DNA of 64,000 nt from Octopus sinensis (taxonomy: Eukaryota), in the NCBI RefSeq assembly GCF_006345805.1, contig NC_043024.1, positions 18,352,001 through 18,416,000 of the forward strand. Direction: 5' to 3'. Position numbers and translations under genes: made by a program. Position 1 is the stretch's first letter; every line of letters begins with the position of its first letter. Under the pieces are notes generated by a model, which was not told the DNA's origin, ran no database searches, and worked only from the letters and a program-made list of their open reading frames with translations. Of this stretch, positions 52,895 through 64,000 are shown piece by piece.

Positions 52895-54945
52895 CTTGAA
52901 CCATGTTAATAGCTTAGGAGATTAATTTAGGATTTCGATTTCTCGGTTTTGATCAAACTTCCCAGCTAGTTTGCACACTATGACAACACCATTGTTACGT
53001 TTTCATTAGTCTGTGTAATGTCCTTTCTTTTTATTTCAGTTTCTCCAGTTTTTGGGTGAACCACGCTAATAGCGTCTCTCTTCTCTAGGAACAATGGGAC
53101 GTGGAAAAGGACTTAACGATGAAGAGAAGTCTGTCATCATCAATGAAAGTGCGAAAGGCACTTCTCTTCACATTCATTGCCGAGAAGTTAGGTTGTCATG
53201 TGGACACAGTTAGACGATTGCTGAAGGACCGTTCACCAAAGAAGAAATGACTCGATTGTGGGAGCTCTAATTCTGTAACAACTAGGGATTTAAGAAATAT
53301 TGACCGCAAGTTTCGTGGGAAACCTGGACAAACAAGCAATGCTATTTTCACCGCCTCAGAACTTCCTCATGTACCGAAAAACCACCAGAAATCGCATCCA
53401 CGGGACCACAGCTCCAGTGCGAGAACTCTTGAAACTGACTTCTTTAGGAATTTGTGGAATTTGAGGCTTCAATAGGCCTAAAAGTACATGACTTTAGACA
53501 CGAGTTGTGTTCTGTTCACTAGGGTGACGGTTGGGCAAATGTTGAGTCTATTTTGGAGATGAGCATCACCAACAGGGTAGAGGAGTCATGTTGTGGGTTG
53601 GGTTGGTATCATTCAACCTATCTTGAATTCCTCTGTGTTTCAATTAATTTCTAATGTAATCATAAATTTAGTCTGGTTTCATTAAACAACTATAACTGTT
53701 TTATTTATCAATATATTAATGTGATTTTTGGAAGATAATTTAATAAAAGGTTCTCAACCAATTCTATACCATAATGTTTGTCACTAAGTGACTCTAATTA
53801 CAGGTAAATATAGGTAAATTCAACAAAATATAAAATTATTAAAATTTTTGTTCAAACATTGTTATAGAAAATGGGTTATTAGCTAATATTCAATTGGGTA
53901 TACAACAAAATTTTACTATAGAAGAGTTGTACTGGATCATCAGGTGAATTTAAAACACAAAAGGCAGGTGTACCATGAAGATATAAGTAAAACGAAAGAC
54001 TTTTTTCTAATTTATGGAGATCGGCCTACTGCAATCTCCTGAAAGAGATTTTGAATTCCTGGCTAGATGACAATGCTCCCCCCCCCACCACTCTGCTAGG
54101 ACCACCTAAACATTACTAGGGTCTTACGGCACACAAGCTGAAAGGTTGATGGTGTCGCCGCCAACATCTCCGGATCCCAACCCTATCGGAAATTTTTGTT
54201 CCATCATTAAACAAGATGTTTATGCCGATAGACGCCAATTTACGTTGAATGATATCTTATGGACGACCATCAAAGCTGCTGCAGAAGCAGTCCAGCCTGA
54301 TACTATTAAGAAATTGATGGATTTCATGACTAATATGGTTTTTGAAGTTACTCGTCGGTATGGCGCTCATGTGGCTAAATAATTCATTATGTCAATAATT
54401 GTCACAATATTATTATGGTTTTCTTTTGAATATATACTCAATGTATATAGGCGCAGGAGTGGCTGTGTGGTAAATAGCTTGCTAACCAACCACATGGTTC
54501 TGGGTTCAGTCCCAGTGCGTGGCATCTTGGGCAAGTGTCTTCTGCTATAGCTCCTGACCGACCAATGCCTTGTGAGTGGATTTGGTAGACGGAAACTGAA
54601 AGAAGCCTGTTGTATATATCTATCTATATATATATATATATATGTATGTGCGTGTTTGTGTGTCTGTGTTTGTCCCCCCAACATCGCTTGACAACCGATG
54701 CTGGTGTGTTTACGTCCCCGTCACTTAGCGGTTCGGCAAAAATGAAACCGATAAAATAAATACTATGCTTACAAAGAATAAGTCCTGGGGTCGATTTGAT
54801 CGACTAAAGGCGTTGCTCCAGCATGGCCACAGTAAAAGACTAAAAGAGTGTGCAAACTAGCTGGGCAAAGTTTTATCAGAATCGATTCACAGAAAACCGA
54901 GAAATCCTGAATTTCCTTCCTAAGCTATCAGCGTGGTTCTGGGTG
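52895..54945 (+). mobile_element. Decayed Tc1-like transposon with ~90-bp imperfect TIRs and a SINE insertion
   Basis: Left end ..gatagcttagga..ttctcggtttt..cccagctagtttgcacact is inverted at 54847-54945. N-terminal HTH MGRGKGLNDEEKSVII..IAEKLGCHVDTVRRLL at 53094; C-terminal PPTSPDPNPIGNFCSIIKQDVY at about 54150. Confidence 0.75.
54449..54846 (+). mobile_element. SINE family A
   Basis: Full head, core and 3' half. Confidence 0.85.
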
Positions 54946-55099
54946 CATATATGCATACATGGAGAAACAATTTCTGGGTGTTTATACATATCGAAAAACA
55001 GTTTCTCAATTTATCGATAAAAAATATCCTTATTCAATCAAAGGATTTATACCTGGATTTATTGTTACAAAGGGTAAGCGAATTCATATAAAGGAAGAG

Positions 55100-57100
55100 A
55101 TAGCATGCTTTTCACTACGACCTTAAAGGGAAGCGAATAAACAACATTGAAAGAGAAACCCCCCATAGAATTCCGCTTTGCTTAATTCTGAAAAAGATCT
55201 TATCAACATTCTGAAAAAAATTAAAATTCTCAAACCATACAAACTCTAGCCAAAAAAGACGAGCGAAAATTATCTGTGCGATTAAAAGTTCTCCCAATCT
55301 CCATGTGCTTTTCGACAAAACAGGAAATCTTTGTTCACTGCCTGTTGATTTATATAATAAATTCTTATTGAAGGAACTGAATTCCAAATATAAAATAACA
55401 GCTAGTAATAAGTTGAACGATATTAATAAGAAACATTATAATTTCATTAAGGAAGTAAATTTATTAGATACCTCTGAGCTGTACCCCTCTGAAGTTCCTT
55501 ATTTTACTTTGAAAGACCACAAAGAAAGTTCCGAGAGCAAACCCACCGTTCGATTAATATGTCCTACTAAATCAGACCTAGGTAAGTAAGATTAGTAAAT
55601 TTATTATAGATAAAATTTTCCCATATATTAAGGACAATGTAAATTTACCACTGTGGGACGGTACTGGTGATGTCATCACTCGGTTTTGTTCTTTAGACGA
55701 TAAAAACAGAAGCTATTTTTTACAGAGTGGCTATAGGCGTAGGAGTGGCTGTGTGGTAAGTAGCTTGCTTACCAATCACATGGTACCAGGTTCAGTCCAA
55801 CTGCGTGGCACCTTGGGCAAGTGTATTCTACTATAGCCTCGGGCCGACCAAAGTCTTGTGAGTGAATTTGGTAGATGGAAACTGAAAGAAGCCCGTCGTA
55901 TATATGTATATATGTATGTGTGTGTTTGTGTGTCTGTGTTTGTCCCCCCAACATCGCTTGACAACCGATGCTGGTGTGTTTACGTCCCCGTAACTTAGCG
56001 GATCGGCAAAAGAGACCGATAGAATAAGTACTAGGCTTACAAAGAATAAGTCCTGGGGTCGATTTGCTTGACTAAAGGCGGTGCCCCAGCATGGCCACAG
56101 TCAAATGACTGAAACAAGAAAAAGAGTTAAAAGAGTAAAAAAAAGAGTATCAGTAGTTATTGCCAATCCATAATACTTGATCTCTTGTATAATGCTATAA
56201 GATTTGCTTAAAACTTTAAGAATATTTCCCCTTTGGAAAGAGATGTGATAACTACTTTAATATATTTTAAGGAATAGAATTGGACGCGCAAAGACCTCCT
56301 TGACGATTTTGACGTAACAATGGGATCTTCTGATTCTGTGCAGATTACCGACATAGTGGGATTATTCTTACTTTCTGAAATCAATGAGAAAGTTAATTAT
56401 AAAGTTAATAATAAGAAATGTTTTTTATGTTTAAATGAAAATTTTTTCATCCTCTCTGCAAAATTTCCTCTTCTTCACCTTAGTGATGAGCGAAATATTT
56501 CTTGTCTACATACAGGAAAATTTGTTTTTTCTAGAGATAAATTTATAATTAACTGTTCATATTCTGTTGACTAATATATCAACAACGTTTTTTTCAAACC
56601 CTTTTATTATCTCTTTGATTTACTTAGTAATTTATACTTCTCACCCCTATTTATTATTCATGTATTATTTATGTACCACCAATACAATTTAGGCTAACTT
56701 GTATATTTGCTTCCCCCATTTTCTGGCTCTATATTGATAAAGAACCCTTCTTCTGTCCCCATTGTAAGTATTTCTAGTTTATTAATTTCATTTAACTATT
56801 ACTTATTAATTAATATTTAATTTGCTTTGCGGGAGCCACTGTTTTATCGGAAGCGTATATTATTGTTAAATGATCGAAATACGAGAGTAGAAAAAACAGC
56901 CAACAACTGATGAAGGGTCGTTTTTAATGTCGTTTCTTTTGTTTCCCATTTGTGTCTTTCGTTGTTCGAAAGAATTGTTCATATTCCATGTACTCATGTT
57001 TCGTATTTTTTATTAATGTTTTTGTACTCGTTTCGTGACGTCCAGTACCCACATATGCACATATATACCATAGATGTATGTACATATACGTATGTATATA
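55100..57100 (+). pseudogene. Neptune-type Penelope-like element, internally deleted and SINE-interrupted, with a terminal-repeat-like 3' end
   Basis: LFDKTGNL..Y.KFL; YFTLKDHKE..PTVRLICPTKSDLGK; DFDVTMGSSDSVQITDIVGLFLL (RT motif B); KCFLCLNENFFIL..ISCLH (endonuclease tail). Confidence 0.8.
55735..56148 (+). mobile_element. SINE family A
   Basis: Full head, core and 3' half, inserted in the PLE RT. Confidence 0.85.
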
Positions 57101-57289
57101 TATATATTACTTATATTATATATATATATTATTTATATTATATATATTAAAAATTTCTTTAAAAAATTTTCCATACACCCTTTTTCATTAAAATTTACCT
57201 GCCTTTTTATAATTTTTCCTTGCCTATCAATTCTCCACGTGCGGTCAACACAACCCCACCATTTATATATATATATATATATATATATA

Positions 57290-57800
57290 GTGCAATAAAT
57301 AAAATATATGCATACATACAAGCATATATGTACGTAACTACATCTACATGTATATATACATGCATATGTAAATATATATACGTGAGTACAGGACACCACA
57401 ACTAGACGTAGAACTCAACGAGAAACGAAAACGGAAAAACCATTTTTTTACAACAGAAAAACAGAGTACAGGACATATTACACTAAGAAAAATCCCCTAT
57501 CATCAGCTGTCACTAGTTCGACTCCAGCGTGTTTCGAAGGTAAGACAGGACACGACTCGCCAAACTAATCCTTCCTGCGAGAGAATTAAAATAAAATTAC
57601 CTCGCAGAGGGGTAAAAACAAGCAAGAAAAAATGTAACACAAACAGGACGTAAAAACGATACAAATAAAACTACAAAATAAAATACAAGATAAAAATACA
57701 TGTACAAGAAAATACAATACGAGAAATAAAAATAAAATAAAATACGAGAAATAAAAATAAACAAGAAAACAAACAAGGAAACAAACGAAAAGACCTTTTT
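57290..57800 (-). repeat. PLE-type terminal repeat copy (family Q), inverted relative to 56800-57100
   Basis: Shares gtcctgtactc..catgtagatgtag.tacgtacatatatg..gcatat.ttttatttatt with 50411-50525 (+), 61685-62100 (-) and 62430-62520 (-). Confidence 0.7.
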
Positions 57801-57886
57801 TCTGGCTTAGACGGAGGAGGTTCTAGCAGCGCATGGGAACACAAATATGTGTCTTTACAGTTTGAAAGCCGCGTGTATATATATAT

Positions 57887-57917
<31 letters not shown>

Positions 57918-57992
57918 TATATATTATAATATATATATATATATATATGTGGTGTGTATATATATATATATATATAATATATATATATATAT

Positions 57993-58030
<38 letters not shown>

Positions 58031-58104
58031 CTAATATATAATATATATATGTATATATATATAATATATATATGTATATATATATATATATATTATATAT
58101 TATA

Positions 58105-58152
<48 letters not shown>

Positions 58153-58247
58153 CGGGAAGCTTTATGAAAATAAACAAAGACGAAGGCAGGGAAAAACAAA
58201 CGAACAATTGTATTAGTATGGCGCTCAGGAAATATAAATAAAACAAG

Positions 58248-58285
58248 TCTTTAACGTTTCGAGCCTACGCTCTTCAACAGAAAGA
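58248..58285 (-). ncRNA. Minimal hammerhead variant in the PLE terminal repeat
   Basis: tcttt CTGTTGA a gagc-gtag-gctc GAA ACGT T aaaga: 5-bp stem I, 4-bp stem II, ACGU palindrome in place of stem III; A6 is replaced by U. Confidence 0.5.
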
Positions 58286-58464
58286 TACACAGAGAGAGAA
58301 GAAACACAGAAAGAAGGAGAGAAAAAAAATGCGTGCAGTAGCTAACGAATCAACATGGCGATCTGATTTCGGCCAGAGGTCAAAGATCAAACATGAGACG
58401 CGAGAGCGAAATAAGGGGAGATAATAGGGTTGATAAACGGGTTGAGGGACCAGCTAAAAGTGCG

Positions 58465-58780
58465 TGGGAGGGGTCTGGATGTGTGTATGTATAGGGTTGG
58501 TGTATGTATTAGTATGTATAAGGGTGTGTGTGTGTGTGTGTGTATGAGAGAGTATTAGTGCGTAAGATTGGTCTGGACGTGCGTATGTATGGGGTTGGTG
58601 TATGTATTAGTATGTATTAGTACGTATTGGTATGTATAGGTATGTGTGTGTGTGTGTGAGAGAGTATAAGTGCGTATGCGGGGTCTGGACGTGTGTATTT
58701 ATAGGGTTGGTGTAAGTATTAGTATGTACTAGTATGTATTAGTACGTATTAGTATGTATTAGTTGGTGTGTGTATTAGTA
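58465..58780. repeat. ~110-bp tandem repeat (3 units) followed by a purine-rich tract at 58820-59160
   Basis: ggtctgga.gtg.gtat.tat.gggttggtgta occurs at about 58471, 58570 and 58682. Confidence 0.8.
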
Positions 58781-60072
58781 TGGCACATCATATGGATGTG
58801 ATGTGTAAAGTCATGTGGTGTAGTGAGGAGAAGAGGGGGAGGGGAGAAGAGGGGGAGAAGGGGAGGGGAAGAAGAGGGGGAGGAGAAGGGGGAGAGGAGA
58901 GGATGGGGGAGAAGGAAGGGGAGGAGGGGATGAAGGAGGAAAGAGGGAGAGGGGGAGAGAGGGAGTGAGGGAGAGAGAGGGAGTGAGGGAGCAGGAGGGA
59001 AGGGGAAGAGGGAGGGAGAAAGAGGGAAGAAGGAAGGGGAGTAGGGGTGAAGGGGAGTAGGGTGAAGGAAGAAGAAGAGGATGAAGAAGTAGGGGTCGGG
59101 GGGAGAAAGGATAGGTGAGGGGGGGAGAGGGGGGTTAGATGAGGAGGGGGGGAGAGTTGAGACCAAATGGCGTATAAGAGCGAAGAGAGAAGATTAATTC
59201 TTGTTCACGGCGCAAACGGGAATCCGGATGGCCTCTGTGTAAGGACAAACCGAACACAGATAGGTGTTGCAAGGAGTGACCGGTGGAGCGGAAATGGCGT
59301 GAGACCGGTGTGTCGTTCGCAAGGTGGATGTCACGAAGGTGTTCCGCGAACCGGTCAGCCAAGCGGCGTCCCGTTTGTCCGATGTACAAGGAATTGCAGA
59401 GAGAGCAAGAGATGCAATAGATAATATTGCTGGAGGTGCAGGTGAAGGAGTGGATGATGGGATAGGGTCGATGGTGGGTGCTAGTGAGGCGGGTGGTGTT
59501 GGAGAGGTAAGGGCAAGTGCGGCAACGTGGGCGATATATATAAAGCACGATTTATTCGCGATCAGAGTTGTTCGAAAACCGAGGTACTACTTTATATACG
59601 TGTGTGCGTCTGTGTTTGCCCCCTCCACCCCTTCATCGCTTGACAACTGATACTGGTGTGTTTATATCTCTGTAACGTAGAGGTTCAGCAAAAGAGACAG
59701 AATAAATACTCGGCTTACAAAGAATAAGTCCTGGGGGGCGATTTCTTCGACTAAAACCCTCTACGATGGTGCGCCAGCATGGTTGCAGTCAAATGATTAA
59801 GGAAACGAATAAAAAAAAATAACCCTTACCTTTGCAAAAACAAAGTATAGTATCAATTGATTACACCTTTAGTGCCAAACACTTAAGATCATCAGCTGAG
59901 CTTACTGCATATATACACTACACCTTGCACACCTGTTCGTTTCAATGTTTGTTTATAGTGAAAAACTTGTGGCTTTGCAGAGTTGACTTTTGTTTCTCAC
60001 ATAGCTGGTATATATTTTTTATACCCTAAATTTATATACATACATACACACACTCACACACATACACACACG

Positions 60073-60130
<58 letters not shown>

Positions 60131-60189
60131 CACACCTAATACACATATATATATATACATATAGATGTATATCATATACATATATACTC

Positions 60190-60401
60190 TTTACTCTCTC
60201 TTTTACTCTTTTACTTGTTTCAGTCATTTGACTGTGGCCATGCTGGAACACCGCTTTAGTCGAACAAATCGACCCCTGGACTTATTCTTTGTAAGCCCAG
60301 TACTTATTTTATCGGTCTGTTTTGCCAAACCGCTAAGTTACGGGGACGCAAACGCACCAGCATCGATTGTCAAACGATACACACACACAACACACACACA
60401 C

Positions 60402-60445
<44 letters not shown>

Positions 60446-60649
60446 CGACATATATATACACACACATACATATATATATACTTATGTACGACGGGCTTCT
60501 TTCAGTTTCCGTCTACCAAATCTACTCACAAGGCTTTGGTCGGCCCGAAGCTATAGTAGAAGACACTGGCCCGAGGTGCCACGCAGTGGGACTGAACCCG
60601 GAACCATGTGGTTGGTTAGCAAGCTACTTACCACACAGCCACTCCTACG
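60190..60649 (-). mobile_element. SINE family A
   Basis: Full head, core and 3' half. Confidence 0.85.
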
Positions 60650-61554
60650 CTAATGTATATATACGTGTATGTGTGAGAGTGTGTATTTCCACTACCACCA
60701 CCACTATCACCGCCACTGCCACTAGTGTTCATTTTCTTTGCATCCCTGTGACTTAACAGTTCAGCTAAAAGATCAATATAATAAGCACCAAGCTGAAAAA
60801 CCTACTGGTGTCGGTTTATTCAATAAAAAAACCCCTTTAAATGTTGTGCCTCAGCATGGCCACAGCTGAGTGAGTGTAGCCAGAAAATGTTAAAAGATAA
60901 AAGTTAGCACCTTTAGAATTTCCACGAGAATAAATTGAAAAAATCTATAAGTTTTAGACACCAGACATCTTGTCACTTGTATCACGTAAACATGTGGAAT
61001 CTATCATTACAGTGCCGATTGTTTACCAACGAGTCAGCAAGAACCAATTTGTCAAAGAATAGCACTAATATACGCTATTGGTACACATACATATCGATAT
61101 ACATGCGGAGACTCCCAAAGATGCAGACAGACGGAGCAAATGTCAATGCAAACAGTCAGTATGTTTTCAAAGACCATACATCATCAGTGAAAGTTCATTT
61201 ATATATGGTGTTTAACGAAGTAATTCGGTCGAACTGAGGGAAAACAAAAGAGCTAACCTTTCCAGGAAGCGGTTCTCGATAAATTAGAATTGATTAAAAC
61301 GAGGGAAATTGTCTCAAAACAATGATGAACAATTGATTGAAGAATTTCAGATACAATTGATTACAATTGGAATATTGGACTGGAAATTTAGGAAACAGAT
61401 TCTTTTTTTTTTTTCTGTTCTGCAGGAAAAGGTTCATTGTAGGTAATTCTCTTTTATTATAGTGTTCGGTCGACCAAAGTTTTGTGAGTAGATTTGGTAG
61501 ATGGAAATTGAAAGAAGCCCATTGTCTGTATAAGTATATGTATATGTATATCTA

Positions 61555-61684
<130 letters not shown>

Positions 61685-63030
61685 ATAAATTAATAAATAA
61701 AATAAAACATATGCATATATACATACATATATGTACGTACCTACCTCTACATGTATATATACACGCATATATGGGAACAGGACACCAAAAAAACGTCGAA
61801 CACAATGAGAAGTGAAAACATAAACACAAAACCAAGGAAATGGACATTTTTCTTAAACAACGAAAAAATAGAGTACAGGACATACAAAACAAGTAAAATT
61901 CCCCTTCTTCAGTCGCCTTTGTTTCATCTACTCTGCGTTTCGAAGGTCAAAGTGAGACACGACTTTAATGAAACATTCCTTCCTGCAAAAAGCAAATTAA
62001 ATGAAATTTGAGATTTTTTTGCGGAGAGGTAAAAATGGTAACAAAAACAGGACAGTAAAGACAGTACAAAATATAAACAATAAAGGACAGGACAAAGAGA
62101 ATAACAGTAACACAAACATTGAGAGATGTTAAGCCAGAACGAAAGAAAAAATATTATGAACGCTTTTGGGGACGGCAAGAGAGAGACAGGAAAGCCATCC
62201 ACACTTGAAGGAAGCCAGGTCAGAAAGACAGTAGCAGAGCTCTCGTCGCGGGTCAACGACGGGAGGGACGAGGAGGAGCAAGAGAAAGGGAGAGAAAAAA
62301 GGGAATGGTTGTAGAGAAAACCAGAAAGAATGAGAGAGAGAGAGGGACAGAAAGGTTAAGAGTGCGCATCATTATTAATATTAAGAACAATCTTACTTAG
62401 AAATGGATGCGTGCGTTCCGTCATATAATAAATTAATAAATAAAATAAAACATATGCATATATACATACATATATGTACGTACCTACCTCTACATGCATA
62501 TATATATACATGCATATATACTGCGTAACATCTTGGGTAAGTGCCTTCTACTTGGGCTGACCAAAACTTAGTGAGTGGACTTGGTAGAATGAAACTGAAT
62601 ATATATTCAACGAAAAAATAAATGAATGAGTGGAAATCGAACCAGTGAGTGTGTTAGTCAATAAAGCATTAAAACAGAATGACCCTCCCCAGACACAATA
62701 ATATATATATAAATATGCCATATGAAAAACACCCAGTGCACTGTAGACTGGTCGGCATTAAGAAGGGTATCCAGTTATAGAAACCAAAGCAAAACACACT
62801 ATAGAACCCGGCGCAATTCCTTAGTCTGGCTTTACCAGTTCCTGTTTAGCTGTCCAACCCATGCAAATATGGAGAACAGACATTAAATGATGACGATGAC
62901 GATGATCTATGAGTGTGTCATTGTGTTTGCGTTTCTTCCCTACCACTGCTTGAGAATTGAGAACCAGCGTTGGTTTGTTTATCTCCCTATCACTTATTGT
63001 GTGTATATGTGTGTATATATATGTTTATGT

Positions 63031-63330
63031 GGAGGCGCAATGGCCTAGTGGTTAAGGCAGCGGACTCGCGGTCGCAGGATCACGGTTTCGATTCCCAGAC
63101 CGGGCGTTGTGAGTGTTTATTGAGCGAAAACACCTAAAAGCTCCACGAGGCTCCGGCAGGGAGTGGTGATCCCTGCTGTACTCTTTCACCACTCTTTCTC
63201 CCACTCTTTCTTCTGTCGGCCTGCTCGCTTAGCCATCGGGGTGGCGTCATTCGAAGGTTAAAACAATGCGAACGCATTGTGACCAGCGATGTGTAACTAC
63301 ATCTGATGGTCTGGTCGGTCACGTGATCAA
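63031..63330 (+). mobile_element. SINE family C
   Basis: tRNA-like head ggaggcgcaatggcctagtggttaaggcagcggactcgcggtcg..ggtttcgattcccagacc, then a body shared with 31897-32202. Confidence 0.85.
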
Positions 63331-63520
63331 GTGATATATGTTTATAGTGAATGAAAGACAGGGGATGGAAGATACGAGAAATATAATTAATCACGACAGT
63401 TGTTTCGACACATCTAGCCTCGGTCCCTCACGAGTAGGATACTTTATAACTGGTTCATATATATATATGTATGTGTATGTATATCTATATCTATATTTAT
63501 TTATGTATATATATTTATAT

Positions 63521-63922
63521 ACGCGCAGGAGTGGCTGTGTGGTAAGTAGCTTGCTAACCAACCACATGGTTCCGGGTTCAGTCCCACTGCGTGGCATCTT
63601 GGGCAAGTGTCTTCTGCTATAGCCTCGAGCCGACCAATGCCTTGTGAGTGGATTTGGTAGACAGAAACTGAAAGAAGCCTGTCGTATATATGTATATATG
63701 TGTATGTGTGTGTTTGTGTGTCTGTGTTTGTCCTCCTAGCATTGCTTGACAACCGATGCTGGTGTGTTTACGTCCCCGTAACTTAGCGGTTCGGCAAAAG
63801 AGACCGATAGAATAAGTACTGGGCTTACAATGAATAAGTCCCGGGGGCGATTTGCTCGACTAAAGGTGGTGCTCCAGCATGGCCGCAGTCAAATGACTGA
63901 AACAAGTAAAAGAGTAAAGAGT
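63521..63922 (+). mobile_element. SINE family A
   Basis: Full head, core and 3' half. Confidence 0.88.
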
Positions 63923-64000
63923 AATATATCCTCCCCCGCATCTTCATACTCCTCCTCCTCCTTCTCCGCATCGTTATCATCATCATCATCATCGTCTTTG

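Larger units (their letters stand above)
51288..52896 (-). repeat. Tandem array of three ~530-bp units, each with a hammerhead (retrozyme-like)
   Basis: tataagagag occurs at 51291, 51815, 52348 (variant) and 52879, giving periods of 524, 533 and 531. Confidence 0.95.
58190..59548 (-). mobile_element. Penelope-like element 3' portion: GIY-YIG endonuclease ORF plus 3' UTR and terminal repeat
   Basis: ORF 59135-59548 contains CRTCPY..FTCTSSNIIYCISCSLC..LYIGQTGRRLADRFAEHL..PVSRHF..RLRREQELIFSL..P.GLN. Confidence 0.9.

Noticed and set aside
51288-52896. CRISPR-like or rDNA/snRNA tandem array interpretation
   Set aside because: The units are near-identical 530-mers with no spacers, no 5S, snRNA or tRNA signature was seen, and the context is eukaryotic.
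60935-61237. 100-aa non-repetitive ORF
   Set aside because: TTG start, no recognisable motif, and a length expected by chance.
63031-63105. Possible tRNA gene
   Set aside because: It is the head of a multi-copy SINE, continues into the SINE body and lacks a proper acceptor stem and terminator.

Overview
AT-rich, microsatellite-dense eukaryotic non-coding DNA. The SINE families, TTAGGG telomere motif and retroelement mix suggest an octopus (cephalopod) genome; this is inferred from repeat recognition, not from a database search. I recognise no host gene with confidence. The window holds more than 30 tRNA-headed SINE copies (at least 3 families), LINE fragments (CR1/L2, RTE, R4/Dong, CRE-like) and several Penelope-like element (PLE) remnants (RT and GIY-YIG pieces). 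It also holds Tc1/mariner transposons (one full-length DD36E copy, two DD37D fragments, one decayed copy), Helitrons, a long-TIR MITE carrying telomeric repeats, tandem duplications and five fold-back palindromes. The main result is a set of type I hammerhead ribozyme (HHR) motifs found by eye. Three have a perfect core and sit one per unit in a ~530-bp tandem array (51288-52896, minus strand), the architecture of a non-LTR retrozyme or PLE terminal-repeat array. Further HHR motifs lie at 46789-46877, in both arms of a 509-bp palindrome (50666-51174), at 40566-40651 and next to a GIY-YIG ORF (58248-58285). Structures were folded by hand, not computed. Repeat boundaries are approximate to about 10-20 bp unless stated.
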